From Candidatus Poriferisocius sp. (lineage in GTDB: Bacteria > Actinomycetota > Acidimicrobiia > Acidimicrobiales > Bin134): a DNA stretch of 64,000 bases. The DNA lies in NCBI RefSeq assembly GCF_965204145.1, contig NZ_OZ241977.1, forward strand, positions 2,655,811-2,719,810, in the 5' to 3' direction. The position numbers were made by a program, and so were the translations under genes. A model generated the notes under the pieces. It searched no databases, was not told the origin of the DNA, and worked only from the letters and a program-made list of their open reading frames with translations. Each line of letters opens with the position of its first letter. The first letter of the stretch is position 1. Positions 29,113 through 40,433 of the stretch are shown one piece after another.

Positions 29113-30117
29113 CTAGTACCGATACCGGGGCCAGGGTGGGTGGATCGAGTACTCCACCACTCCGTAGCCCCGCTCGCCGGTTTCCAGAACCTCGAAGTCG
29201 AAGAACGGCTCATGGCAGTCCAGCCGAACCTCGGCGTCGTTCTCGTCCCGCATGAGCCCGTTGCGAGTGTGGGCGTGCTTGCGGCCGGTGCGCACGGTGA
29301 GCACTTCGCCGTCGGTGGTCTCAAAGGTCATGTCGAAGGCCATGGCGGTGCGCTGGTCCTCTTCCAATCGGGGCACACAGGTGGCCGACCGCAGCGCACG
29401 GGTGCCGTCGGCATCGCCGATCCAGCCTCCGACCCCAGGCGTGTCGTCGGGCAGGGGCTGTGTCGGACTCATCCACCCGAAGGCGTTCAGATGCCGGTCG
29501 GGGAGCTGCACCGATGGCCAGAAGTGCCCCCACGACTCGGCCTGGGTCCGGCGATGGCGCACATCCCATGGTCCGGGCCGCTCAAACCGATGCGTCCAGG
29601 AGTGATCCCGATGAGACCAGCAATCAATGGCCCGGCGCTCCCCTGCCCGGGGCCCACCCCGAGACTCGAACTCGCCCCGGCACAGCAGCGCCTGCTCATA
29701 GTGCCCGCCATAACCCTCGTAGGCCCCCAGCGGGTTCCCCCCGAAGCAGTCGTTGTAGTCGAACACGCCAAAGCGGTCTTCGAACACCAGATCGAAGCCG
29801 AAGCGGGGGGCATCAAGCTGCCAGCGATACCGCGAGAACGGCTCCTCCACGGAGTAGGACACCCGGCCGTCACCCAGCACAGAGAACTCCAGCTCATCGG
29901 TAAGAGGGTGACGAGACCCCCATTGCACCGGAACGCCATCGATGACGTAGAACGCGCTGGCTCTCAGATAGCCGTGGGACAGGCTGGCGTGGATGTGGTT
30001 GATGCCGAACACGTCGGCTTCCCGGTCGCATACCGAGAACCAGAAGTTGTCGCTCCACAGGGCGTCGCTGCCCGGCGGGGGGGTGTGCAGGTACTCGTCG
30101 GAGTTGCTGAGCGGCAT
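29113..30117 (-). CDS. conserved hypothetical protein
   Basis: 334-aa ORF with coding-like composition ('SDNFWFSVCDREADVFGINHIHASLSHGY...'). The family is not recognised. Confidence 0.45.
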   Translation of the reverse strand: MPLSNSDEYLHTPPPGSDALWSDNFWFSVCDREADVFGINHIHASLSHGYLRASAFYVIDGVPVQWGSRHPLTDELEFSVLGDGRVSYSVEEPFSRYRWQLDAPRFGFDLVFEDRFGVFDYNDCFGGNPLGAYEGYGGHYEQALLCRGEFESRGGPRAGERRAIDCWSHRDHSWTHRFERPGPWDVRHRRTQAESWGHFWPSVQLPDRHLNAFGWMSPTQPLPDDTPGVGGWIGDADGTRALRSATCVPRLEEDQRTAMAFDMTFETTDGEVLTVRTGRKHAHTRNGLMRDENDAEVRLDCHEPFFDFEVLETGERGYGVVEYSIHPPWPRYRY

Positions 30118-30156
30118 TGAGGGTTGAGGATAGGTCCTCGATGGGTCAGGGACCGA

Positions 30157-31212
30157 TTAGCCACCCTCGGGCTGTGCCTCACCCACGAGGCGAACCTGGC
30201 CGTCGCCCTTTTCTACCTCCCCCACGACGGTGGCCCGATGGCCGCCGGTTCGCAAGAGGTCGATGGCCTTGGTGGCGTCTCGGTCCCGCACCGCCACGAT
30301 CATGCCCAGTCCGAGGTTGAACACCTTGGCCATCTCCTCGTCGGCCACGTCGCCGATGCGCTGCAACTCGGCGAATACCGGCGGCTGCTCCCAACTGCTC
30401 CGGTCGACCACCGCGTCGACTTTGTCGGGCAGCACCCGCGCCAGGTTGCCGGGGATCCCCCCGCCGGTCACATGGGCGATGGCCCGGGCGTCCACCTTGG
30501 CCAGCATGGCCCGCACCGCAGGGGCGTAGATCACCGAGGGCAGCAACAGCTCATCGGCCACCGACTGGGAGCTCCCCTCCCAAGCGGGCTCGTCCAACCC
30601 CCGTTTGGCCACCTCGAAATAGAGCCGGCGAGCCAGGGAGTAGCCATTGCTCCGCAATCCGGGCGACGGCAGCCCGATCAGCGTGTCGCCGGGGCGCACG
30701 TTGGCCCCGGTGATGATCCGCGACCGCTCCACCACCCCCACGGCAAACCCCACGAGCTCGAATTCGTCATCAGGCTCGTCCACCGGGTGCTCTGCCATCT
30801 CCCCGCCGATCAACGCGCAGCCCGCCTGGCGGCAGCCCTCGACTATTCCCACCACCAGCTGCTCGATCCGTTCGGGGTCGAGCCTCTGCACCGAGATGTA
30901 GTCCAACATGAACAGGGGCTCAGCCCCCTGGCACACCAGATCGTCCACGCACATGGCCACCAGATCAATGCCAATGGTGTTGAACCGGCCCGCCTCCGCT
31001 GCCACATAGGCCTTGGTTCCCACGCCGTCGGTAGTCGACACCAATACCGGCTTCTTGTACCCGTGGCGAGCGAAATCAAACAGCCCTCCGAATCCGCCGA
31101 TGTGGCCGATCGCCTCTGGTCGAAATGTCGAGCGCACATGTTCCTTGATGCGCTGCACCGCCTCTTCGCCCGCGGCGATGTCTACCCCCGAGGACCCATA
31201 GGTCTCAACCAT
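30157..31212 (-). CDS. purM: phosphoribosylformylglycinamidine cyclo-ligase (AIR synthetase)
   Basis: From the ATG at 31212: 'MVETYGSSGVDIAAGEEAVQRIKEHV...GGFGGLFDF...VSTTDGVGTK'. The upstream 348 aa of the 699-aa track ORF is Arg/Gly-rich junk overlapping purF. Confidence 0.9.
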   Translation of the reverse strand: MVETYGSSGVDIAAGEEAVQRIKEHVRSTFRPEAIGHIGGFGGLFDFARHGYKKPVLVSTTDGVGTKAYVAAEAGRFNTIGIDLVAMCVDDLVCQGAEPLFMLDYISVQRLDPERIEQLVVGIVEGCRQAGCALIGGEMAEHPVDEPDDEFELVGFAVGVVERSRIITGANVRPGDTLIGLPSPGLRSNGYSLARRLYFEVAKRGLDEPAWEGSSQSVADELLLPSVIYAPAVRAMLAKVDARAIAHVTGGGIPGNLARVLPDKVDAVVDRSSWEQPPVFAELQRIGDVADEEMAKVFNLGLGMIVAVRDRDATKAIDLLRTGGHRATVVGEVEKGDGQVRLVGEAQPEGG

Positions 31213-31241
31213 TGCCGGTGGCCTCCAACCGGGCCACAGCC

Positions 31242-32747
31242 TCAGCCATTGCCGGTGGCCCAGAGCGAGGGCGCGGGCTCCTCGTCGGCGTCGGCAAACT
31301 GAGCGACGCTGCGCTGATAGGCGATCGAGCCGGGCGGCGCCACCGGCACCTCCACCGGATAGTTCCCGGTGAGGCAGGCATTGCAGAAGCCGGCCCCCAC
31401 TGCTCCGGTGGCCTCGGTCAAACCCTCCATGTCGATGAACGCCAGCGTGTCGGCCCCCACGTAATCGCACATCTCGGCCACGCTGAGGTGGGCCGCGAGA
31501 AGCTCGGTCCGGTCGCCGGTGTCCATGCCGAAATAGCAGGGCCAGCGATAGGGCGGCGAGCTGATGCGGAGGTGAACCTCGGCGGCGCCCGCCTCTCGCA
31601 GCATGGTCACCAGTGCCCTCGTCGTGGTACCCCGCACAATGGAGTCGTCCACCACCACCAGGCGGTTGCCCTCGATGCTGTCGCGCAGGGGGTTGAGCTT
31701 CATGCGCACCCCCATCGACCGCATCTGCTGGCTCGGGGCGATGAACGTCCGCCCGATGTAGCGGTTCTTCACCAGCCCCTGGCCGTAGGGGATGCCGCTG
31801 GCCCGGGAGAAGCCCTCGGCCGCGGGGAGCCCCGATTCGGGCACGCCCATCACCAAATCGGCCTCCACCGGGGACTGCTCGGCCAACTGCTCGCCCATGC
31901 GCACTCGGGCGTGGTGCACGCTCTGGCCGTAGATCACCGAGTCGGGGCGGGAGAAGTACACGAACTCGAAGATGCACAGGCGGGGGTCCACCCGCTCCTC
32001 GGGGAACGGGCGCACCGACCGCACACCCTCCCCGTTGATCACCACCATCTCTCCCGGTGCCAGCTCCCGCAAGAAATGGGCGCCCACGATGTCGAGCGCG
32101 GGAGTCTCCGACGCCAGCACCCATCCCCCCTCCAGCCGGCCCAGGCACAGAGGGCGGAATCCATTGGGATCCCGTACCCCGATCACCCGCTTCTCGTCGG
32201 CCAGCACCAGCGAGAAAGCGCCCTCTAGCCGGGGCAGCACCCGCTCCAGCGCCCACTCGAGTACCCGCCCCTTCGCCCGATCCGACGGAGTCATCGCCGA
32301 GATCTCGATAGCCAGCAGCTCGGCTATGAGATCGCTGTCCGAGCCGACCATGCCGGGCAGGATCGACGTCTCCTCGGCCAGCTGGGCGGTGTTGGTGAGG
32401 TTGCCGTTGTGGCCCAGCACAAATTGGTGGTCAGCGGTGCTGCGGTAGACGGGCTGGGCATTGCGCCACGAGCTGGACCCGGCGGTGGAATAGCGGGTGT
32501 GGCCGATGCCCAGGCAGCCCTCGAGGGTGGCCAGCGTGCGGTCGTCGAAAACAGTGGCCACCAACCCCATGTCCTTGACCACGGTGATGTTGTCGCCATC
32601 GCTGACCGCGATCCCGGCCGACTCTTGGCCCCGGTGCTGCAACGCGTACAGGGCCAGGTAGTTCAGATGGGCGACGGGATCATGGGGTGCATAGATGCCG
32701 ACAACCCCACAGGCCTCTCGGGGAGAGTCGTCCATGAGATCAGGCAC
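31242..32747 (-). CDS. purF: amidophosphoribosyltransferase
   Basis: 'EACGVVGIY' supplies the N-terminal nucleophile Cys, followed by 'HTRYSTAG', 'LGHNGNLTN' and '[11 protein letters not shown]' (PRPP motif). Confidence 0.9.
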   Translation of the reverse strand: MPDLMDDSPREACGVVGIYAPHDPVAHLNYLALYALQHRGQESAGIAVSDGDNITVVKDMGLVATVFDDRTLATLEGCLGIGHTRYSTAGSSSWRNAQPVYRSTADHQFVLGHNGNLTNTAQLAEETSILPGMVGSDSDLIAELLAIEISAMTPSDRAKGRVLEWALERVLPRLEGAFSLVLADEKRVIGVRDPNGFRPLCLGRLEGGWVLASETPALDIVGAHFLRELAPGEMVVINGEGVRSVRPFPEERVDPRLCIFEFVYFSRPDSVIYGQSVHHARVRMGEQLAEQSPVEADLVMGVPESGLPAAEGFSRASGIPYGQGLVKNRYIGRTFIAPSQQMRSMGVRMKLNPLRDSIEGNRLVVVDDSIVRGTTTRALVTMLREAGAAEVHLRISSPPYRWPCYFGMDTGDRTELLAAHLSVAEMCDYVGADTLAFIDMEGLTEATGAVGAGFCNACLTGNYPVEVPVAPPGSIAYQRSVAQFADADEEPAPSLWATGNG

Positions 32748-34935
32748 TGGTTAATTCTGACATGGGCGAGCGCCACCGATCAGCAATCGCGGCCAATTCC
32801 AGGTCGAGCAGCCCCTTGATGGCGAAGCGGTCTCCGGTGGCCAGGCCGATGCGGGCGACGGCCACCCCAGAAGCAGCCGCCGCGTGCTCCACTTCGGGAA
32901 GCAGCTCGGGGTTCACCGCGGCCACTGCCCGGGAGGGGGCCTCGCTGAACAGCTCGGCGTGGTCGTGGATGCGAGCCCCTCGAAAACCCACCCCGGACAT
33001 GGCAGCCATCTCGGCCAGGGCCACGCCCAACCCTCCGCTGGACACGTCGTGGACCGCCGATAAGCGGCCGTCCGCAACCAGACCGGCCACCAGGCCGGCC
33101 ACCCGCCGGTGCTGCTCATAGTCCAGGTCAGGCAGTCGCCCCCGCTTGTGCCCGGCGGTGGAGGCGGCCCACAGCGAGCCGGAAAGCTCGGTGCTGCCCG
33201 ATCCCAGCACGATCACCCTGTCGCCCTCGCTCCACGACAAACCCGGAGGAATCTGAGTCAAGCTGTCGATCGCTCCAAGCAGGCCGATCACCGGGGTGGG
33301 ATCGATGTTGTGGCCGTTGGACTCGTTGTAGAGGCTCACATTGCCCCCCACCACCGGGACTCCGAAGGCATCGCACGCCTCAGCCATGCCGTCCACCGCC
33401 TCGGAGAACTGCCACATCACCTCGGGATGCTCGGGATTGCCGAAGTTCAAGCAGTTGACCAGGGCGAGCGGTCGGGCGCCCACGCAGGCCAGGTTGAGCA
33501 CCGCTTCGGCCACGGTCATGGCGGTTCCAGCGCGGGGATCCACCGCACACCAGCGATGGTTGCCGTCGGTGGTCAGGGCCAGTCCCCGGCCGGTGTCAGC
33601 GCCGGATGCGGGATGCTTGAGCCGCAGCACGGTGGCGTCACCGCCGGGGCCGACCACCGTGTTGCAAAACAGCATGTGGTCGTACTGACGGTAGATCCAA
33701 GACGGATCGCTCAACAGATCCAGCAGATCGGCACCCACATCGGAGGGCGGTGGCAGCTCCTGAGCAGTGTCGGCCCTGGCCGCCTCCCAATCTCCAGGCG
33801 GACGTCGGGGCCGGTCATACAGCGGCGCATCCTCATGGAGGGAGGCCGCGGGGAGCTCGCCCAGCACCGGGCCGTCGGTTCCGTCTCTCACGCGAAGCTG
33901 CCCGCCCCCGGTCACCCGGCCCACTACCGAAGCCTGCACGTCCCAGCGGTCGCAGATCGCCAGCACATCGTCCAGTCCGTCAGGGGAGACGATGGCCAGC
34001 ATCCGCTCCTGCGATTCGCTGGTGAGCACCTCGAAGGGCTCCATGCCGGGCTCGCGCCGGGGGACGGCGGCCACGTCCACATCCATCCCCACTCCGCCCC
34101 GGGAGGCTGTCTCGCTGGTGGCGCAGGTGAGTCCTGCACCCCCGAGATCTTGGATACCCACCACCAACCCGGCGTCCAGCAATGCCAGACATGCCTCGAT
34201 CAGGCGCTTCTCCTCGAACGGATCGCCCACCTGCACGCTGGGCCGCTTCTCAGCCTCCTCCTCCTCGCCGAAGGACGCCGAGGCCAGCACGCTTACCCCG
34301 CCAATACCGTCACGCCCGGTGGACGCGCCTAGCAGCACCGCGAGATTGCCCTCGCCGCTGGCCCGGCCCAGCACCAGCCGATCAGCCGGCATCAGGCCGA
34401 GGCAGAGCACATTCACCAGCGGATTGCCGGAATAGGTCTCGTCGAAGACGGCCTCACCCCCCACGGTCGGCACGCCGACCGCGTTGCCATAGCCGGAGAT
34501 GCCCGACACCACCCCTTCGGCAATCCAGCGGCTTCGGGCATCGTCGGGAAGGCCGAACCTGAGCGAGTCCATCACCGCAATCGGGCGGGCGCCCATGGTG
34601 AAGATGTCGCGCAGAATGCCGCCGACGCCGGTCGCCGCCCCTTGGTAGGGCTCAATGGCCGAAGGATGATTGTGGCTCTCAATTCGAATAGCCGCAGCTA
34701 TGCCGTCGCCCACATCAACGACTCCGGCGTTCTCACCAGGGCCGACCAGTACCCAGGGTGCCTCGGTTGGCAGCCTCTTTAGGTGCAACCGCGAGGATTT
34801 ATACGAACAATGCTCCGACCACATCACTGCGTACATCGCCAATTCGAGATGATTCGGGGCGCGGCTCAATATCTTCTCGATGGCGTCTGCCTCATCATCG
34901 GTCAATCCCAACGACCTGTGTATTGGTTCGTTCAT
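32740..34935 (-). CDS. purL: phosphoribosylformylglycinamidine synthase subunit II
   Basis: '[19 protein letters not shown]', '[27 protein letters not shown]' and 'GGNVSLYNE'. Confidence 0.9.
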   Translation of the reverse strand: MNEPIHRSLGLTDDEADAIEKILSRAPNHLELAMYAVMWSEHCSYKSSRLHLKRLPTEAPWVLVGPGENAGVVDVGDGIAAAIRIESHNHPSAIEPYQGAATGVGGILRDIFTMGARPIAVMDSLRFGLPDDARSRWIAEGVVSGISGYGNAVGVPTVGGEAVFDETYSGNPLVNVLCLGLMPADRLVLGRASGEGNLAVLLGASTGRDGIGGVSVLASASFGEEEEAEKRPSVQVGDPFEEKRLIEACLALLDAGLVVGIQDLGGAGLTCATSETASRGGVGMDVDVAAVPRREPGMEPFEVLTSESQERMLAIVSPDGLDDVLAICDRWDVQASVVGRVTGGGQLRVRDGTDGPVLGELPAASLHEDAPLYDRPRRPPGDWEAARADTAQELPPPSDVGADLLDLLSDPSWIYRQYDHMLFCNTVVGPGGDATVLRLKHPASGADTGRGLALTTDGNHRWCAVDPRAGTAMTVAEAVLNLACVGARPLALVNCLNFGNPEHPEVMWQFSEAVDGMAEACDAFGVPVVGGNVSLYNESNGHNIDPTPVIGLLGAIDSLTQIPPGLSWSEGDRVIVLGSGSTELSGSLWAASTAGHKRGRLPDLDYEQHRRVAGLVAGLVADGRLSAVHDVSSGGLGVALAEMAAMSGVGFRGARIHDHAELFSEAPSRAVAAVNPELLPEVEHAAAASGVAVARIGLATGDRFAIKGLLDLELAAIADRWRSPMSELTSA

Positions 34936-35071
34936 CTCAAATCGCCTGAAGAATCACTGGGGATGAATGCCCAGAAGACTGAACTGATCGAATACAGGGT
35001 TTGAATAAACGCGCGCCATATAGTTGAATTGACCCGGTCAATTCTTCGAAGAAAGAGAAAAGAGAGTCAAA

Positions 35072-35470
35072 ATGGTATCTGATGAAGCCAAAGCAGCACG
35101 GGCTGCCGGGCAAGCACAAGGCCGCACGGTCAGCCGCTATCTGACAGCGCTTGACTCGACCAAGCCCAAGCGCGGCCGGCAACGCTCTCCGGAAAGGATG
35201 CAGGCCCGCATCGCCGAACTCCCTGGCGAGATCGCCCAGGCCAAGCCGCTGAAGCGAGTTCATTTGATCCAAGAGCTCATGGACTTGGAAGCCGAGCTGG
35301 GCAAAGAAGAGGAAACGGTGGACATCAGCGACGTCGAGAGCGAATTCATCTCGATCGCCGCCGAGTACAGCGAGCGCAAGGGCATTTCTTATGCGGCATG
35401 GCGTGAGGTCGGTGTTCCGGCCAGCGTGCTGAAAGCCGCCGGAGTTGCCCGCACCCGTTCGGCTGACTAA
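35072..35470 (+). CDS. small basic/acidic hypothetical protein, antisense to the pur operon
   Basis: 132-aa ORF with coding-like composition. It has a Lys/Arg-rich N-terminus, a Glu-rich centre and a C-terminal 'ISYAAWREVGVPASVLKAAGV'. Its stop overlaps the purQ stop convergently. Confidence 0.45.
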   Translation: MVSDEAKAARAAGQAQGRTVSRYLTALDSTKPKRGRQRSPERMQARIAELPGEIAQAKPLKRVHLIQELMDLEAELGKEEETVDISDVESEFISIAAEYSERKGISYAAWREVGVPASVLKAAGVARTRSAD

Positions 35471-36129
35471 TTCCCACTAATCAGCCCTTTCAGCAATTGA
35501 GCACCGTCGGTGCTTCCCAGCAACGGGTGAGCAGCGCGCTCAGGGTGGGGCATTAGCCCCACCACGTTGCCGTCTTCGTTGCAAATTCCCGCGATGTCGG
35601 CCGTTGCCCCATTTGGGTTATCCCGGTAGGTCAACACGATTGAGTTGTTGTCGCGCAACTCCGCCAGTGTCTCTTCGGAGCATATGTAGTTGCCCTCAAA
35701 ATGGTTGATTGGGATGTTCAACTCGTCGCCTTGAGACAGGCCCCTGGTCAGCACCGAGTTGGTTGATTCCACCCGTAGAGTCGTGGGCTGGCAGAGAAAC
35801 TTGAGTCCCCGGTTCTTGTAGAGGGCTCCAGGCAATAATTGAGCTTCGGTAAGGATCTGAAATCCATTGCAGATCCCCACCACAGGCCCGCCGTCATAAG
35901 CAAAGCGGGTTACGGCATCCATGATGGGCGAGAACCGGGCCATCGCTCCAGTGCGGAGATAGTCACCGTGGGCGAAGCCACCGGGCAGGACTACCGCGTC
36001 AATGTCCCTCAACGAGGTGTCCTTGTGCCATAGCAACTCGCCAGTTCCACCCACGCCCTCAACTGCCTCCACCACGTCGAACTCGCAGTTGGAGCCCGGA
36101 AACACGACCACGCCGACCTTGGCGGTCAT
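35467..36129 (-). CDS. purQ: phosphoribosylformylglycinamidine synthase subunit I (glutamine amidotransferase)
   Basis: 'VVVFPGSNCEFD', 'GGFAHGDYLR', 'GICNGFQIL' (nucleophile Cys) and 'MPHPERA'. Confidence 0.9.
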   Translation of the reverse strand: MTAKVGVVVFPGSNCEFDVVEAVEGVGGTGELLWHKDTSLRDIDAVVLPGGFAHGDYLRTGAMARFSPIMDAVTRFAYDGGPVVGICNGFQILTEAQLLPGALYKNRGLKFLCQPTTLRVESTNSVLTRGLSQGDELNIPINHFEGNYICSEETLAELRDNNSIVLTYRDNPNGATADIAGICNEDGNVVGLMPHPERAAHPLLGSTDGAQLLKGLISGN

Positions 36130-36163
36130 TTGCGCCCCAAGATGAAACAGACAATTGAAACTG

Positions 36164-36439
36164 TCACAACACCGGGCTGAGAGAGATAGCCACGTCTTCT
36201 ATAACCGGGTTTGCCAAGAAGCGTTCGCACATGGCCTCGACTTGTCGGTGGGCCTCGGATTCATCAGATGCATCCACGAGGAATCGCAGGCTCTTGCCCA
36301 CGCGAACATCGCTCACACCGCTGAATCCCAGCGCGGGCAGTGCCCGCTCGATGGTAAGGCCCTCCGGATCGGCTATCCCCTCGCGGAGGCTCACCTCAAC
36401 GGTCACATTGAACATCGGCTTCACCATCACCCGGGCCAA
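36164..36439 (-). CDS. purS: phosphoribosylformylglycinamidine synthase subunit PurS
   Basis: Small ORF between purC and purQ containing 'VTVEVSLREGIADPEGLTIERAL..LGF..V..VRVGK', the PurS pattern. The exact start is uncertain (36439 or the internal Met). Confidence 0.75.
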   Translation of the reverse strand: MARVMVKPMFNVTVEVSLREGIADPEGLTIERALPALGFSGVSDVRVGKSLRFLVDASDESEAHRQVEAMCERFLANPVIEDVAISLSPVL

Positions 36440-37311
36440 TCAGCGAAATCGCGCCCGGTGATGATCTCGTAGGCGCTCACGTAGCGAGCCGCGCTGGCCG
36501 TCACCACCTCATCGGGCAGCGGCGGTGGCGGATATTGCTTGTCCCAGTCCAAGGTGCTGAGGTAGTCGCGCACCGGCTGCTTGTCGTACGACGGCGGGGT
36601 GGCCCCCGGCGCCCAGCCGTCCACCGGCCAGAAGCGGGAGGAGTCGGGGGTGAGCACTTCGTCGGCCACCACCAGCGTGCCGTCGACCAAGCCCATCTCG
36701 AACTTGGTGTCGGCGATGATGATGCCTTTCTCAGCGGCGGCCTCTGCCGCCCGTTGGTAAAGCTCCAATGACGCGTCGCGGGCCTGCTCGGCCAAATCGG
36801 AACCCACCAGCTCCACCGCCTGGTCGTAGGAGATGTTCTCGTCGTGGCCCGACTCGGCCTTGGTCGAGGGGGTGAACACCGGTTCGGGCAGCTTGTCGGA
36901 TTCTCGGAGCCCAGCGGGCAGGGCCTGGCCGTGCATGGTGCCCTGGCTCTTGTACTCCTTCCAGGCCGATCCGCTCAGATACCCCCGAACGATGCATTCG
37001 ATGGGCAGCATCTCGGCCCGATGGCACAGCATGGTCCGTCCGGCCACCCCATTCGTCTGGGCCTCGGGGGGGAAGTCGGCCACATCGGTGGAGATGAGGT
37101 GGCTGGGCAGCACATCGGCCAGGGTCTCGAACCAATAGGCCGACATGGCGGTCAGCATCCGCCCCTTTTCGGGAACAGGCTCGTCCATGACCACGTCGAA
37201 AGCCGAGATGCGGTCGGACGCGATCATCAGCAGCCGGCCTTCGCCGGCGTCGAAGATGTCGCGGACTTTCCCGGAATGAACGGGGGGCAGGTTGATGTGT
37301 TGGGTGCTCAC
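36427..37311 (-). CDS. purC: phosphoribosylaminoimidazole-succinocarboxamide (SAICAR) synthase
   Basis: 'SGKVRDIF', 'ASDRISAFD', 'ECIVRGYLSGSAWKEY' and 'IIADTKFEMG'. Confidence 0.9.
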   Translation of the reverse strand: MSTQHINLPPVHSGKVRDIFDAGEGRLLMIASDRISAFDVVMDEPVPEKGRMLTAMSAYWFETLADVLPSHLISTDVADFPPEAQTNGVAGRTMLCHRAEMLPIECIVRGYLSGSAWKEYKSQGTMHGQALPAGLRESDKLPEPVFTPSTKAESGHDENISYDQAVELVGSDLAEQARDASLELYQRAAEAAAEKGIIIADTKFEMGLVDGTLVVADEVLTPDSSRFWPVDGWAPGATPPSYDKQPVRDYLSTLDWDKQYPPPPLPDEVVTASAARYVSAYEIITGRDFADWPG

Positions 37312-38708
37312 AAGATGGACTCCGGTTGGTAGGAGGCGGCGTTGGGGTGTTCTTGAGCCAAATCTTTGGCTTGATTGGCGAACTCACGGGATTGTGCCGG
37401 CCCGGCACCGGCCAGAACGAGGATCTGGCTCTTGATCCGTTCAACGTCGACAGCCGCTATCGACAACCTCGCGTCATCGACGACGGCAGTGAAGAACTCA
37501 TCTCCTTTGGAGACATGCTCAGAAATGATGCGATGGGCCTCTTCCCTTCCTGCTCCAGCGGCCACTGAGGCCATCAGCATCCGGGTGGCGGTCAACGCTG
37601 GCAGATTGGCGTCCAGCTCGGCCGCAATCGCCCCTTCGAACACGACGAGTTCCTTGAGCACTACGAGCACCGCTTCAAGCTGACCGTCGAGAGCCAGGAA
37701 CGCGCCGGGCAGGGCCACCCGCCGCACCACCGAGCAGCTCACATCGCCCTCATTCCACTGGTCGCCCACCAGGGAAGACACCATGTCGGCGTATCCCTGC
37801 ACTACCGCGGAGAGGCCGCAGATGCGCTCGGAAGTACGGGCGTTGCGCTTGCCCGGCATGGCCGATGAGCCCACCTGCCCGGCCTGAAATCCCTCAGAAA
37901 TCAGGCCCTGCCCGGCCATAAGCCGAATGGTCCGGGCCAGGTTGGCGGGTGCCGACGAAGCCTGGACCAGCGCCGAGACCACGTCGTAGTCCAGCGACCG
38001 GGGATACACCTGCCCCACGCTGCCCATCGTGGCCGCAAATCCAAGACTGGCGGACACGCGGTTCTCGAGTTCAGCAGCATCGTTCGCCGCGCCAAGGAAC
38101 AGATCGATCTGGTCTTGCTGAGTGCCAACCGGTCCCTTCAGACCGCGCAAGCGGTAGCGAACCAGCAGGTCCTCAATTCGATCCAAAGCAGCGCGCGCCT
38201 CTTCCCCGGCAGTGGCGAACCGCTTGCCCAAGGTGGTGGCCTGGGCAGGCACGTTGTGGGAGCGGCCCACCATCACCAACTCGGCATGGGTGTCGGCCTT
38301 CACTCCGAGGGCACAGACCACCGCCACAAGCTTGTCCCGCACCAATCGCAGTGAATCGCGGATCTGAAGCTGCTCGATGTTCTCGGTGAGGTCGCGCGAC
38401 GTCATCCCCTTGTGGATGTGCTCGTAGCCGGCCAGCGCGCAGAACTCCTCGATGCGGGCCTTCACGTCGTGGCGGGTGACTCGCTCCCGTTCCCGGATGG
38501 AATCCAGGCTCACCTGATCGATGGCACCTCGATAGGCCTCGACCACCCCGTCGGGCACCTCGATGCCGAGATCCCGCTGGGCCTCCAGCACCGCCACCCA
38601 CAGGCGACGCTCGGCCTTGACCTTCCCCTCCGGCGACCAGATGGCCGCCATGGCCGCGCTGGCGTAGCGGTCGGCCAGAACGTCGGGGATCTGGTCCTTG
38701 TCAGCCAC
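37308..38708 (-). CDS. purB: adenylosuccinate lyase
   Basis: 'HDVKARIEEF', 'IHKGMTSRDL', 'GRSHNVPAQATTLGKRF' and 'GSSAMPGKRNARTSE', the fumarate-lyase signature SS-x-MP-x-K-x-N. Confidence 0.9.
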   Translation of the reverse strand: MADKDQIPDVLADRYASAAMAAIWSPEGKVKAERRLWVAVLEAQRDLGIEVPDGVVEAYRGAIDQVSLDSIRERERVTRHDVKARIEEFCALAGYEHIHKGMTSRDLTENIEQLQIRDSLRLVRDKLVAVVCALGVKADTHAELVMVGRSHNVPAQATTLGKRFATAGEEARAALDRIEDLLVRYRLRGLKGPVGTQQDQIDLFLGAANDAAELENRVSASLGFAATMGSVGQVYPRSLDYDVVSALVQASSAPANLARTIRLMAGQGLISEGFQAGQVGSSAMPGKRNARTSERICGLSAVVQGYADMVSSLVGDQWNEGDVSCSVVRRVALPGAFLALDGQLEAVLVVLKELVVFEGAIAAELDANLPALTATRMLMASVAAGAGREEAHRIISEHVSKGDEFFTAVVDDARLSIAAVDVERIKSQILVLAGAGPAQSREFANQAKDLAQEHPNAASYQPESIL

Positions 38709-39156
38709 CGGCCATCTCAGCGCGATGGGCGGCCAGCCTCTCGGCCAGACCGGCGTCGGAGACCGCCAGAATCTGAATGGCCAAAAGGGCCGCGTTCATG
38801 GCGCCGTTGATGGCCACCGTGGCCACTGGGATGCCCTTGGGCATCTGCACAGTGGAATACAGGGAGTCCACCCCGTTCAGTGCTCCGCCGGCCAAGGGCA
38901 CGCCGATCACCGGCAAGGTAGTCTGAGCCGCGGTCGCCCCGGCCAGGTGAGCAGCCATGCCCGCACCGCAGATGATGGCCCCGAATCCGGCCTCGCGGGC
39001 CCCGGACACAAACTGGCGGACCTTCTCCGGCGTGCGGTGGGCCGACATAACCTCCCAGTGGCACTCCACGCCGAACTGTTCCAGCGTGGTGCGGGCCGGG
39101 GCCATGGTGTCCTCGTCGCTCGACGATCCCATGATGACAGCCACTTTCAAGCTCAT
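38701..39156 (-). CDS. purE: 5-(carboxyamino)imidazole ribonucleotide mutase / AIR carboxylase catalytic subunit
   Basis: '[14 protein letters not shown]', '[11 protein letters not shown]' and '[13 protein letters not shown]...PVIGVPL'. Confidence 0.9.
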   Translation of the reverse strand: MSLKVAVIMGSSSDEDTMAPARTTLEQFGVECHWEVMSAHRTPEKVRQFVSGAREAGFGAIICGAGMAAHLAGATAAQTTLPVIGVPLAGGALNGVDSLYSTVQMPKGIPVATVAINGAMNAALLAIQILAVSDAGLAERLAAHRAEMAGG

Positions 39157-40433
39157 GCCGATTCCCTCTGTGAAGCGCCCTCAACCGCCGCGGCGGCAAT
39201 GTCAAGGCGAACGTAGCGGCCCGGCCAGTCAATGTGGGTGACCCCGGCGTACGCCCGCTCCCGAGCGGTGGCCAAGTCGGATCCCTGCCCGGTGACGTTG
39301 AGCACCCGACCCCCGGCGGTGACCAATCCTTGAGCATTCTGACCAGGCGAAATAACGCCAGTTCCGCCCTCAGCGGCTGATGCCACCCCCGCACAGAACA
39401 CAGTCACCCCCTCTACGGCGTTGGCCGCTTGGATACCGGCGATTGGATCGCCGGTTCTCGGGGATGCGGGATAGCCCTCGGAGGCGCACACCACCGTCAC
39501 CGCGGCGTCGTCGCCGTACACCGGCGATTCGGCGAGCGATCCGGCTGCTGCCCCTGCTAGCAGGTCGGCCAGGTCGGACCGCAGCCGGGGCAGCACCACC
39601 TGGGCTTCGGGGTCGCCGAAGCGAACGTTGTACTCCAATACCTTGATTCCCTGGGGGGTGAGCATGAGCCCGGCATACAGCACGCCCCGATAGTCGATGC
39701 CCTGCCGCCTGAGCTCGGCCAGGGTGGGCAGCACCGCCCGATCCATGACCTCGTCAACCACGTCTGCGCCAGCCACCGGCACAGGGGAATAGGCCCCCAT
39801 GCCGCCGGTGTTGGGGCCGACGTCGCCCTCGCCGATGCGCTTGAAATCCTGGGCCGGGGACAACGGCACCGCCCACTGGCCATCGCAGACCGCCAGCACC
39901 GACAGCTCCGGGCCGGTGAGGCCCTCCTCGATCACCACCCGGCGCCCGGCGTCACCAAAGGCCTCACCCGACAGATACGCGCGCACTGCATCGGCAGCCT
40001 CAGCCCGGTCCTCGGTCACCAGCACGCCTTTGCCCGCAGCCAGCCCGTCGGTTTTGATCACGAACAAGTCGTTCATAGCGTCCAGATAGCGGAGCGCCGC
40101 ATCAGGCTCGGTGAACGAGCCATGGCCGGCAGTGGGGACGCCCGCCGCCATCAGCAGTTCCTTCATCCACGCCTTGGACCCCTCCAAGAGGGCCCCGTCG
40201 GCACCAGGGCCGAACACCAGCCCGCCCGACGCCCGCAGCTCGTCGGCCAATCCGTCCACCAGCGGCACCTCGGGGCCGATCACATACAGATCGGCGTCGA
40301 TCTCAGTTGCGGGTGCAGGGGTCGAGCCGGGGATACCGGGATTTCCCGGAGTAACCACCACGTCGCACGACCGGCCGAGCACGTGGGCTAATGCGTGCTC
40401 TCGGCCTCCGCTGCCGACGACGCAGACTCTCAC
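39153..40433 (-). CDS. purD: phosphoribosylamine-glycine ligase (GAR synthetase)
   Basis: '[19 protein letters not shown]', '[12 protein letters not shown]', '[10 protein letters not shown]' and '[22 protein letters not shown]'. Confidence 0.9.
   Translation of the reverse strand: MRVCVVGSGGREHALAHVLGRSCDVVVTPGNPGIPGSTPAPATEIDADLYVIGPEVPLVDGLADELRASGGLVFGPGADGALLEGSKAWMKELLMAAGVPTAGHGSFTEPDAALRYLDAMNDLFVIKTDGLAAGKGVLVTEDRAEAADAVRAYLSGEAFGDAGRRVVIEEGLTGPELSVLAVCDGQWAVPLSPAQDFKRIGEGDVGPNTGGMGAYSPVPVAGADVVDEVMDRAVLPTLAELRRQGIDYRGVLYAGLMLTPQGIKVLEYNVRFGDPEAQVVLPRLRSDLADLLAGAAAGSLAESPVYGDDAAVTVVCASEGYPASPRTGDPIAGIQAANAVEGVTVFCAGVASAAEGGTGVISPGQNAQGLVTAGGRVLNVTGQGSDLATARERAYAGVTHIDWPGRYVRLDIAAAAVEGASQRESA

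Noticed and set aside
31213-32256. N-terminal 348 aa of the 699-aa ORF containing purM
   Set aside because: This part is Arg/Gly/Pro-rich and overlaps purF out of frame. PurM homology starts at the ATG at 31212.
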